Assembly: GCF_036321535.1 (NCBI RefSeq)
Contig: NC_087437.1
Location: 105,154,001-105,218,000, forward strand
DNA: 64,000 nucleotides
Direction of reading: 5' to 3'
Origin: Camelus dromedarius
Taxonomy: Eukaryota
Position 1 is the stretch's first letter, and every line of letters starts with the position of its first letter. Under the pieces are notes generated by a model. That model worked only from the letters and a program-made list of their open reading frames with translations. It ran no database searches and was not told where the DNA came from. This document shows, one piece after another, positions 24,520 through 35,450 of this stretch. The translations under genes and the position numbers were made by a program.

Positions 24520-25600
24520 TGCAATCCTGACCAGAGACCATTACTGATGACATTTTATTGTATTTCTTCGTATTATTTATGCACATGTAAAATTTTTTTT
24601 CAGTGAAAGTGAGATCTTGTCATATATAGAGTTGCAAACAGCCTTTAAATAACTTATATTCCATCATGAACCTTCCCCAATGCCAACGAAAGTATTTCAA
24701 AAACCTGTGTTTTTTTTTTTTGGGCTACATAGTATTTTTCACACTCTAAGATGGCAAGACCTTTATTTTGTTTCATTTTTTAAAATGTGAAGTTTCATGT
24801 GTGTATGGTGAAACGCACAGATCTTAAGTAATCTCCCTGATCTCATCTGAGAAACGTATATAGCTATGTAACTCACACATCATTTCTACATAGATGTTGT
24901 CCCTAATTTAGAAGGTTCCTTCTGTGCCCCTTCCTGATCAATTCCCACAATCCCAGAAACAACCTGTTCTCATTTCTGTCATCATAAATTATTTTTCCCA
25001 ATCTACAATTTCATACATTTATGCATACACTATGTTTTCTTTTTCTGTCTGCTTCTCTTACTTAGACTGATGTTTGTCAGATTTATTCATCATTGTCACA
25101 TGTTCAGTGATTCAGTCTTGTTATTGAGCAGAGTTCCTTTATATGGATATACTACAATCTGGTTATTTACTCACGTCTTCAAGGACATTTGGATTGTTTC
25201 TACTTTAGACTTAGTATGGATAAAGCTCTTATCAACATCTTTTTTCTTCAATGCTTTTTGTAGACATGTGTTTCCAGTTTCCTGGTTAATGACTTGTATG
25301 CCATAGGATTGATGTATAATTACATTTTCAAGAAAACTCCAATCAGTTTTCCAAAGTGGTTGTGTCATTTTATACTCCTCCCAAAAATTCATGACATTTT
25401 CAGGTGCTCTACATTCTCTGCAAGACTTGATTGGCATTGTTTTTTTTTCAAATTAGTCATTCAAGGAGATGTGTAGATATAGGAGTGGTTCTAATCTGCA
25501 TTTTCCTGATGAATAATGATGTTGAACATCTTTTCAGGACCTTATTGGTCATATGTCTTAACTGACAAAGAGTCTGTTCAAGTATTTTGCCCATTTTTAT
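24520..25600 (-). mobile_element. Two adjacent old L1 3' fragments (L1ME-like, then L1MB/MC-like)
   Basis: ccaatcagttttccaaagtggttgtgtcattttatactcc; ORF 25171..25437 WEEYKMTQPLWKTDWSFL is ORF2 C-terminus-like. Confidence 0.7.
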
Positions 25601-25609
25601 TTGTTTCAT

Positions 25610-25880
25610 TTTGTTTAAGTTGAAGTATAGTTGATAAGCCATATTTTGTTAGTTTAGGTGTACAACATGATTTGACATTTAAATACATTAAAAAATGAAG
25701 ACCATGATAACTCTAGTAACCACCTGTTACCATACAATTTATTACACTATGATTCACTGTATTCCTTATGCTGTATATTATATCCCTGTGATTTATTCAT
25801 ATCATAACTGTAAGTTTTTATCTCTTAATCCTCTTCACCTATTTTGCCCAAACCTCTGGACTTCCTCCTCGCTGGCAACC
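25610..25880 (-). mobile_element. L1 3'-end fragment
   Basis: ttgaagtatagttgata...ttagtttaggtgtacaacatgatttgacattt...cctcgctggcaaccacc. Confidence 0.7.
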
Positions 25881-27091
25881 ACCCAATACATATATAGTAA
25901 TAAACACCCTTTAATCCAACTCCCAAAACAAAAGTTTCACTAACAATAAACCATCAAGTCATATGCCCGCTCCCTAAATCCTCTTATTAGTTTCACATAC
26001 CCAGGTATCATCATGAATTGAACTGAGTTTAATTAATCTTTTTTGTATTCAAACTTTGAGTGATGTTTCCAGATATCTTCTATTACAATTTATTCTATAA
26101 TAAATATTTTCAGCAAAGAGGCAGCATATTTGGTCCAGATACTAATTATGTACTTGGGATGTACTCTTATAACAGAGGATGTATCCTATGCTCAAATATG
26201 TCAAAGTTAAGACCTTTTAAGAGTCTTGGTATGTTTCAGCAGAGGTATTCCAGAGCATTTATACCAGTTAACTCTCACACCAGCAGGACTAGAATGCTCA
26301 GTTTAGAAGAACACAGCCAAAAATTAGTAAAAATATCTTTCAAAATATTAGTAGTTTCATGAGTAAAAATTTTTATTTTTGCTTAATTTTTTCTCTGTAC
26401 AGTGACATTTCTGATTTTTTGAACTTTAAAATTTTGAATTTAAATGCATTTTTCATTTTATTCTAAATATATTTTGTATGGTAACTAGAGATAAAGGTGG
26501 ATAGATAGATAGTATTTTCATTTAAATTTTGTATACAATTTTTTGATATGTCCTATATTCTCTGAATTTTTATGTGGTCAAATCAAGCATTTTTTTCTCT
26601 ATGTTGTTGTTTACTGTTTTTATTCCTTCCAATATCATACTGAGATAGATACTAACCCAAAATTCCTTCTAGATTTTTTTGGTAGCTTTATTACATGAAG
26701 TTAGCTGTCATTTATTAAGCACACTTTTTGTGCCAGCCACCACATTGTACATTTTTAGACATTAAATATCTTAAACTTCAGCCTGGACCTGTGCCTGCTC
26801 ATAATGATTAAAATCAAGGAAAGAGGGAGCCTTATAAAAGGCAGATCTTTAGAATTTGGGGGCATCATTAGACATCCTGGAGAAGGAAAAAGAAAAATAA
26901 GTTAAATAAGGAGAATGGGAAGGGCCCCACCACTCTGTCCTGACTTGCTCTTGAGCACAGAACAAAGTGTAGCTTATTCCTGCCTTAAACCCATAGGTTT
27001 GCTATAGGGCCAGGCATGGCCTAGAGTGGCCAAGATCCAAGCTGCTAACAGACCTTTCTATCTCCACCACCACCTATGTAAGTGAGATAAC

Positions 27092-28353
27092 TTTCTATTT
27101 TAAAAGCAAAGTTAGGGAGAAATGTTTTCTAGAACATAGCTGGCCACCCCTCCCCCAGCCTAACTGCCCATCCAGGATGTCTGCCACTTGTTTACCTTAG
27201 AGATGGAACACTCTACAGAGTTCTGAGTGGTGGTCAATTAAGGCTCACAGGACACTGGTCCTCAGAGGCAGAGCTGTGGAGCCCAACACAACCATGGAGG
27301 GCCAGCTGTTCGCCACTGGATCCTCTTTCCAGCTGATTCTGGAACACCTATGGGGTGCTCTGCTGGTGATTGCTGAAAGCTTGAGGCACATCCCAGGTCT
27401 CCCTGCATTGTTCTGAGAGATGCTGGTATGCACTGTGATGGTGGTTGTGATAGTAAAGAGACTAAACACTTTAAGATGTATGAATTTGCTAGCCAAAAGG
27501 TGTTCTGCCCACAGTGAAGTCTATGGAAAAGGTGGTGAGAATACTGAACCAATGACACAAGGTGAAGAAGCCCTCAGGCCACCTGGGTTGGAGGCCAGTC
27601 CTCCCATGTTACAAACCTTGTGCCTGTTGGCAATGAATACAAACCTGAGTAAGTCATCCCATCCTATCACTGTGGACTTTCTGGAAAAGGCACAGAAGAC
27701 CCAGCCTCCTCAACTTTCCCAGGTGACCAGTGGAAAACCCATCTTAAAAGCATCAGAGAAAAATGGAGAACAACTTCAGAAGAAAATAATGAATAATGTG
27801 AATGAAAATACTCATTTTCCAGAAAGCCCAGAACTACTTGCTCAAGAAATAGCCAGATGGAAGCAGAGTGTCCAGGAAATGGAGGAGGAGAAAGAAAGGC
27901 TGGTGCAGTCAAACACACTGATGGAGCAAGTCCTGAATGATAATGTCCGCCAACTAACATCAATGGCTGAATGCCTTCTGAAGGCCATCCCTTTGCCTAA
28001 CTTTCTTGGAGATCACTTGCTATATGGGAACCTGAAAGGCCAGTGGAAGAGGGAAGCAGAAAATGGTGATCAGTCCATCCATCAGTCAGAAGCTGATCTG
28101 CAGGGTGTCATTGATGATGTTGATTTCATTGTGTCCCTTCAGAGTCCTGAATAGGGCCATCAGGAAATATCCCAAAGATTGCGGGAAGAAAAGCAAATGA
28201 ATGAAGAGCTTTCAGGGCAAATATCAAGTCTCCAAATGGAAGAAGGGTCTCTGCACTGTGAGAATTCACAGCTGGAAAGGGAGACTCAGCAGCTGAAGCT
28301 GAATCTTCAAATTCTGCCTGAAGTACATGAAGATTATTTAATGCAACTTCAGA
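27092..28353 (+). repeat. Left arm of a 1262-bp near-perfect inverted repeat (partner 34189-35450)
   Basis: Position x pairs with 62542-x throughout; mirrored identical ORFs (27420..28154 + and 34388..35122 -); differences seen only at 27827/34715 and 28130/34412. Confidence 0.97.
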
Positions 28354-28361
28354 GAAAATTG
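27294..28361 (+). pseudogene. MIA2: cTAGE5/MIA2-like intronless retrocopy, left copy, 3'-truncated by junction to ERV pol
   Basis: ATG in ACCATGG at 27294: MEGQLFATGSSFQLILEHLWGALLVIAESLRHIPGLPALF*EMLVCTVMVVVIV resembles the cTAGE5 N-terminus/TM (FPWELVIC; TGA at 27414 replaces W); coiled coil EQVLNDNVRQLTSMAECLLK resembles EQVLNDKESHIKTLTERLLK; second stop TAG at 28152; ends at LMQLQRKL. The symbol names the parent gene only. Confidence 0.85.
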
Positions 28362-29995
28362 TAGCTTATCTGCAAGGGAAGGCTTCAGTTCAGTGTGAAA
28401 ACATACAGACCATGAGAAAAGCATATTTATACCAGTTAGAAGGAGGAAGTTGTATGACATTCATTTGCCAGAACTTGAATGGTCTATTAGGGAGTTTAAA
28501 ATGTCCAGAAGCAGCATGAACAGGCTCCTCTACATTGAACTTGGATAATGGAACAAGTGAGGTAGGTGCTTTTTGTGGTCATGTTAATGTTTCCCCACCA
28601 ATACTGATTCATGAAGACTGTAATTTTGTCAGTAGACCTATGGTCTAATGCATGATTGGTAGTGAGGAGCGGGAATTTTAGTCTCCATAACACTGGTTTG
28701 TCATTTGGTCCAAAGCAGAGCTGCCTCTTTTTATCAAGCCAAAAATGTTTGAATTTCCATTCTTGTTTTTCCTTTTCTAAGGCCAGTTTTTGGGCTTTTC
28801 TAGCCAGTTTTTCTGAATTATCATTTGGGGAAATATCCCTTTGACAGAGGTTTGGCTGCTGTCCATCCCTTTAAAGGCAGCATTCCTTGCAGAAGTATCA
28901 GCAAAATGATTTCCTTGAGCTTCCAGAAATTCAAGTTCAGAATGCCCTGGATTCTTAATAATGGTTAAAGTGGCAGGTAAAATTATTTCATCCAATAATT
29001 TCTAAACATTGGGCAACTTTTAGTTTTATTTCCAATAGAATTAAGGAAGCCATGCTGCTTCCACAGTATTCCAAAAAATGAGCTACTCCGAAAGTACATC
29101 TACTATCAGCATAAATGTTGGCAGTTTTGTCCTCGGTTAACGTACAATCTCATAGAAGAGCATATAATTCAGTGTATTGGGCTGAAGTAGCCATAGGTTA
29201 AACATGCTGCCTCAACAACATCAAAAGGAGTTGCATTCGCATACCCAGCATGATACTTGCCATTGTAACGTTTAAGTAAGAACCATCAGTGAACCATGAG
29301 ACATCAGTGCTACCCAACTGAATTTCCTGTAGATCATCACAAGGATTCAGGAGGTGGCCATCAGAGAGAAGTAGTCAGCAACACAGTAGATAAAAGGAAC
29401 CAGGTTATAGTTATTACAACATAAAAGAGTTATTTGAGGAGTAGTTAACTAAAGGACTTCACAGGAGGCGAGGTAGTGGGCTGTGAAATGTGGAGTGTGA
29501 TGAGATTTCAGCAGAGCTTCTGGTAAATGAGGTAAAAAATGGCTAAAGGGAGATCCCACAATGATTTTCTTAGTGCCGTAACCAAAAAGGCAGTGGCCAT
29601 AATGGCCATAATGGCTCTAAGACAGGGGTCTATCCCCATGACACAGGGCCCATTTGCCAGCTGTAATACCCTATGGATCAATGGTGATCCCTGTGTTTTG
29701 GGGGGAGCACCCCATGGGTACTCCTTTCTTTCCTTTTCATGTACAATAAAGGAATAAGAAATCTGACAGTTGGGATACCGAAGGGCAGCTGGGTTGATCA
29801 AACTATCCTCCAGGCTATGTCCTCCAGTTCTCATGGAATTGGGTCTGGGTTGTTATTGTTGAGTAAAACACACAGAGGATTAGACATAAGGGACAAATTT
29901 GGAATTTAGTTTTGGCAATAACCTACTAGCTAGAGAAATCATCCCAGTTGGCAGTTAGCTTTGTATTTTGGGAAACTTAGGACACCATAAAGTCT
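28362..29995 (-). mobile_element. LTR-less class I-like ERV pol fragment (RT thumb/connection, RNase H, integrase N-terminus/core), decayed
   Basis: Minus-strand translation gives WFTDGSY, KTANIYADSR, GHSELEFLEAQGNHFADTSA (RNase H), an HHCC-like region, and PFKFWQMNVIQLPPSNWYKYAFLMVCMFSH*TEAFPCR (integrase core); many stops and frameshifts. Confidence 0.85.
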
Positions 29996-30250
29996 TGTAT
30001 GATATTATATTGATAGATACATGTGGTTATACTTTTCTCAAAATCATAGACTGTCCAACACGGAGAGTGAACTTTAATGGAAACAATGGTAATATGTCAA
30101 CGTAGGTCCATCAGTTGTAACAAATGCACCACTCTGGTAGGAGATGTTGCTTGGGAAGTTTTGAATGTGAAGGGGTATATGGAAACTCGCTGTACTTTTC
30201 AGTTTTGCTTTGTACTCAGAAGAGCTCTAGAAGCAAAGTTTAATAATTAA
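29996..30250 (+). mobile_element. L1MC-like 3' end
   Basis: gatacatgtggttatac...gagagtgaactttaatgg...gtaacaaatgcaccactctggtagg...gggtatatggaaactcgctgtac. Confidence 0.75.
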
Positions 30251-30346
30251 AAACATTGTAAACCATGGAAACAATAACTGTGAAAGGAAAGGAAACCAGA
30301 TTGCTGCATCTGTACCTTCAACATAGGTGGCGTGTTGATGCCCCAC

Positions 30347-30476
30347 TGTAGTGGTTCCCATCTTTGCTGTGCATCAGAATCATGAGCAGAACTTGGAAAA
30401 ATACAGACATTCAGGACCCACCTAAGAGCAACTGAATCAGAGCCTCCCAGGGAGTGGTCCCAGAGAGGAGGTATTT
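30347..30476. mobile_element. MER5-like hAT DNA transposon fragment
   Basis: gtggttccc...tgtgcatcagaatcat...caactgaatcagagcctcccaggg. Confidence 0.6.
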
Positions 30477-31399
30477 ACTACAGCATTGTGTTCCTAGTTG
30501 TCTTGTCTTTCTAGGAGTATTTTTTGGGCACAGCAAATTCTTATCTTTCCACTATATCTTGAGACTCAGTGTCTTACTTCATTCCAAATACCTTTGAAAT
30601 TGAATTAAACAGACAAATTATTTGTTTGTAATTCAAGTGACCATTGCATCACATAAAGACCATTTGCACTAGATGGGCTCTTATGAAAGATTTTCAAAAA
30701 CATCCTTTTTTGCTTCCACAGTACACTGGAGGGGCCTTGACTTTAACCCAAGCATACTTGGTGTTATGTTTATCCCACGTGTCACTTGGTTTTTTGGGGA
30801 CGTTTTCAAAATTACCATGGCTTATATTTGGAGTTCATGAACGAGGGATCATCTTAACAAAAATACGATGTTTTTATATTGGTTAAGTTGGCAAAACTGT
30901 GGTGTTTCTTTGACCATCCGTGGCTGAATTTAAGTTTCAATTAAACCATGTTGTCTAACTTTCTCATTAGGATATACATGTTTCTCAAAATGTCATAGCT
31001 CTCTCTGGAAAAGTTTGAACTCAAGTGAGGCATTAATTTTGTGACCATTTAATTTATTGTTATAACATGAGCAGTTTTATGAATGAAAAGGTGAGCTATC
31101 AATAAGAAGCCCACAGCCCAACAACTGTCCAGAACACATTGGCATGATTCTCACCCTTGTTCTTTGTGAACCAGAGCTAGGAGACATGGTGTCTAGGTCA
31201 GGGTTTGATTGCACCTTCACCTCACACATATCAGTGTCTGGCTTCATTCTAGCCTTGATTATCTTATGGAATAAAGAGTCTCTTCTGACTGCTGGCAGGA
31301 AATGAACAGGAAGAAGCATGATGAAGTGGGGCCCAGTAGGAGGGACAGTCACTAGAGGGACAGTGATCCAGGAAGCGAGACTTGTGGTTTGCTTGTGGT

Positions 31400-33100
31400 A
31401 AACTTGGTATCATCTTGGTATCTCCAAAAGTAGCATTAAATGGGCTCAACTCAGATAGTAAATGCATCACACTTGGGAATCTTCATCCTGCAATAAGCCC
31501 CTCTCCCTGCCCTTGGACTCCCCATTGTGGGAGCACCTGAGAGGTGAGACCACCTGATCACCAGAGCCTTCAACAAGTATGGCAGACACTACCTGGAGTC
31601 CAAATGGACATGGCTGCTCCACACACTTTCCTCAGAAATCAGGATTTCACTGGGTGTAATGCATCTATGCCTTGTTGACTTTTCTTAGGGTTCTCCTGCA
31701 CTAAATTTACTATGATTTACTTAGTACCCAATGCCATACAGAGTTATTAGAACAGTGCTAAGAGTCATTCTTCATTCATCTTTTCTGATCCCACAACTGC
31801 TCAAACTCAGCCCCATCTGTCTTTCTGCTGGATTTCTGTGACAACCAACCCAGTGCAGACCCGTGAGGAACCTCACCAAAATCCCACACTTACTCCCCCT
31901 CCCCACATTCCACCCTCTCCACAGCCACGCAGATCTCCGTAGAACATACATCACACCATGTCCGCAGCTATCAACCTTCAGCCTCCAGGTCTAAAGTCTG
32001 GTGTCCCTAAGCTGCACTAAAGACAAGTCTTTGCAATGGTCCCTGCTCCCTGGCCACCTCCCCTGCTCTCCCTTCACCTTAGCCCAGCTTTCTCTGCCCC
32101 AGAAACCCAGTTCTCTGGCAATTTATTCTTCCTCTTCTCTCTGCTTATAATTTTATGTCCCCTGGCCTCCCAGGAAACTCTTCTTGTGGTTTGATATCAC
32201 ATAAATGTCACCTCCTGAGTGTTACCCTGTCACCCTAATCATCCATCATCCTATTGAAATTGTCCTCAGAGTAGATATCATCATTTGTTTCATTGATCTT
32301 TATTATCTGACCTTGCCCCTCACTGGATTGTCTCTGAGGCCCACGTGTCTCATCAGATCAGGAGATGTTTTCATTGCTTCCTACCAAACATCTACAACAT
32401 TGCTGCAGACATCATAGAAACGCCACAGACATTTATTAAATACATGGATGTGAATGATGACAATAAAATACACACATATACGTTGGATCAAAGAGAGTCA
32501 AGTGTGCTAGTCATTCTCCAATTACTTTTTTTCTCTTGGCCTGCTCTAGTCCAAGGCTGACTCCCCCATCTGCACTACCCAGGCCCCCTGGGTGACTGCC
32601 CATTACTACTGCAGGAAATGAGAGGACAGGAGAACAGAGGGTGGGGGCAGTTTTCCTGTTCCCTTGACAGTCCCTCACTGCGCTTAGGTGACATCACTTC
32701 CCTCCCCTCTCTCCAGGCCCAAAAGTTGAAACAGTCTTTTAAGTGCTAGCACCTGGAGCCCCACATCCTTGGTCCTTCCCTCATCCTTGCCACAGCTCTG
32801 AACCACCATCTTCATAGTCTCTTTTGTCTGCACCTTTTGTATGAAGTTTTTGGTTGGAATTTGGTCTGAATGATCAGGAAATGCCACTTTTATGTGCACA
32901 TGATTTAAAATCTATTGTCTAAATATAATTAATACACACATATTTTTTAGTTTACTTTTTTATTTAAAAAATTTCTTAAATTTGTAACTCCCTTTTTACA
33001 TTTTTCAGGTATTCACAAAACCACTAAGAGGGATTAGTATCTGCCTTGTGGTTTGTGTGTGTATGTGTGTTTATATGTGTGTGTTTGCCATCAAAACTTT
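31400..33100 (-). repeat. Ancient duplicated block A (downstream flank of the right retrocopy), paralogous in inverted orientation to 46655-48290; includes an L2 remnant at ~31780-32450
   Basis: Collinear matches in unique sequence, e.g. reverse complement of 32570-32665 agggaacaggaaaactgcccccaccctctgttctcctgtcctctcattt...gcagtcacccagggggcctgggtagtgcag vs 47102-47195 agggaacagggatactgccccactccctgccctcctgtcctcccattt...gcagtcacccagaggggctgggtagtgcag. Confidence 0.85.
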
Positions 33101-33689
33101 TTTCATTTTGACTGATAAACTTTAGAATTGTTAAGGAAAAAATGGACCCTTAAGCAAAACTACACAGGATAAGAAACAATTATAAAACAAGAAATAGATA
33201 CTTCCAAATTCTGGTTTCTAATCTATGAACTACAAAACTAATTTTACGAATTTAGCACTAAACTACAAGTTTAGAACTAAACTATTAAAAATATAATTTG
33301 AATGAGGTCTCGTCTTGTTTAACTTTTTTTGGGTTTTTTTTAAAACCAGCCAAAATTTATTCAGATGAATATTAGGTTAATTACATAGATTTATAATATT
33401 AGCCATAGCTTACAGATAATTATTTTTATCATTTCAAATTTATCTTACTCATGTCAAACTTAGAGGGTGATCTAAGTCATGAGTGGTGTTTAATTTAAAT
33501 CAAGATACAATACTTACAGTACTTAATTCCAAAAGATCTTTTGGGAAAACCATATATCTCTGAAAATCAATTTTTAAATATTACTACAATAAGTTGTAAT
33601 TCTATACTGGTAAGAGTAACTGTGACATCAATTTACCAATTGTAGCTTAGCTAAAGAGGTTAGTCAAAATTACTTTAACAGAAATACAT

Positions 33690-35248
33690 ACAGGTGTTTA
33701 TCCCTGGTTCTGGGTGTTCAGGACTTGAATTCTAGGGAAGATGAGTCAAACATGCAGAAGACCCCAGATCCCTGAGATCTCATGGCATAAACATCCCCCA
33801 CCCTAGGGAGCATGGCAAAGGTGATCTCCTGACACTTCAAGGCCTCTGTGGGCTGCAGGTGGAGCAGCAGGGACACAGGGGCTCTTTGGGAAAGGCTGGA
33901 ACTTCGAATCAACCTTGGCCAGCATTTGCCTTCTGTGGTCATTTTCTTTTCTTAGCTTCTTGAGCTTTCTCTCAGTGGATACAGCCAACATCCAGCATTC
34001 TTGAGCTCTTTTCTCATGGAAGAGGATCTCCTTTCAGTGGTAGGAAGTGTTGCCCTTTAACTGTTTGCCCACATCTTCTGCCATCTTCCTATAGAAGCTG
34101 TGATTCTGATATGTGGACTTCACATTTTAGCACAGACTGGGAAGTTTTTTCTCCAATTCTAAGCAGCGCACTTCCTCCTCAATTTTTTTCTGAAGTTGCA
34201 TTAAATAATCTTCATGTACTTCAGGCAGAATTTGAAGATTCAGCTTCAGCTGCTGAGTCTCCCTTTCCAGCTGTGAATTCTCACAGTGCAGAGACCCTTC
34301 TTCCATTTGGAGACTTGATATTTGCCCTGAAAGCTCTTCATTCATTTGCTTTTCTTCCCGCAATCTTTGGGATATTTCCTGATGGCCCTATTCAGGACTC
34401 TGAAGGGACACTATGAAATCAACATCATCAATGACACCCTGCAGATCAGCTTCTGACTGATGGATGGACTGATCACCATTTTCTGCTTCCCTCTTCCACT
34501 GGCCTTTCAGGTTCCCATATAGCAAGTGATCTCCAAGAAAGTTAGGCAAAGGGATGGCCTTCAGAAGGCATTCAGCCATTGATGTTAGTTGGCGGACATT
34601 ATCATTCAGGACTTGCTCCATCAGTGTGTTTGACTGCACCAGCCTTTCTTTCTCCTCCTCCATTTCCTGGACACTCTGCTTCCATCTGGCTATTTCTTGA
34701 GCAAGTAGTTCTGGACTTTCTGGAAAATGAGTATTTTCATTCACATTATTCATTATTTTCTTCTGAAGTTGTTCTCCATTTTTCTCTGATGCTTTTAAGA
34801 TGGGTTTTCCACTGGTCACCTGGGAAAGTTGAGGAGGCTGGGTCTTCTGTGCCTTTTCCAGAAAGTCCACAGTGATAGGATGGGATGACTTACTCAGGTT
34901 TGTATTCATTGCCAACAGGCACAAGGTTTGTAACATGGGAGGACTGGCCTCCAACCCAGGTGGCCTGAGGGCTTCTTCACCTTGTGTCATTGGTTCAGTA
35001 TTCTCACCACCTTTTCCATAGACTTCACTGTGGGCAGAACACCTTTTGGCTAGCAAATTCATACATCTTAAAGTGTTTAGTCTCTTTACTATCACAACCA
35101 CCATCACAGTGCATACCAGCATCTCTCAGAACAATGCAGGGAGACCTGGGATGTGCCTCAAGCTTTCAGCAATCACCAGCAGAGCACCCCATAGGTGTTC
35201 CAGAATCAGCTGGAAAGAGGATCCAGTGGCGAACAGCTGGCCCTCCAT
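33690..35248 (-). pseudogene. MIA2: cTAGE5/MIA2-like intronless retrocopy, right (complete) copy with in-frame stops
   Basis: One frame from ATG 35248 to TAG 33803 with stops at 35126, 34388, 34127 and 34034; C-terminal part EILFHEKRAQECWMLAVSTERKLKKLRKENDHRRQML resembles cTAGE5 QIISHEKKAHDNWLAARNAERNLNDLRKENAHNRQKL; PEHPEP at ~33705-33722 resembles the cTAGE5 terminus; possible ATTAAA poly(A) signal at 33489-33494. The symbol names the parent gene only. Confidence 0.88.
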
Positions 35249-35450
35249 GGTTGTGTTGGGCTCCACAGCTCTGCCTCTGAGGACCAGTGTCCTGTGAGCC
35301 TTAATTGACCACCACTCAGAACTCTGTAGAGTGTTCCATCTCTAAGGTAAACAAGTGGCAGACATCCTGGATGGGCAGTTAGGCTGGGGGAGGGGTGGCC
35401 AGCTATGTTCTAGAAAACATTTCTCCCTAACTTTGCTTTTAAAATAGAAA
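34189..35450 (-). repeat. Right arm of the 1262-bp inverted repeat (partner 27092-28353)
   Basis: Reverse complement of the left arm with 2 observed mismatches. Confidence 0.97.

Noticed and set aside
27245..27963. Antisense ORFs of 83-98 aa within the arms (and mirrors at 34579-35297)
   Set aside because: Shadows of the cTAGE-like coding strand with no recognisable protein; duplicated only because the DNA is duplicated
28357..33649. 12-mer aattgtagctta at the left-arm/ERV junction (28357-28368) and again at 33638-33649
   Set aside because: Both halves at the junction are explained by retrogene and ERV sequence; an AT-rich 12-mer match is plausibly chance
27092..35450. Inverted repeat as a pure assembly artefact
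   Set aside because: The arms differ at two internal sites, have distinct inner junctions and have diverged but homologous outer flanks. An artefact is unlikely, though long reads are needed to exclude polishing collapse
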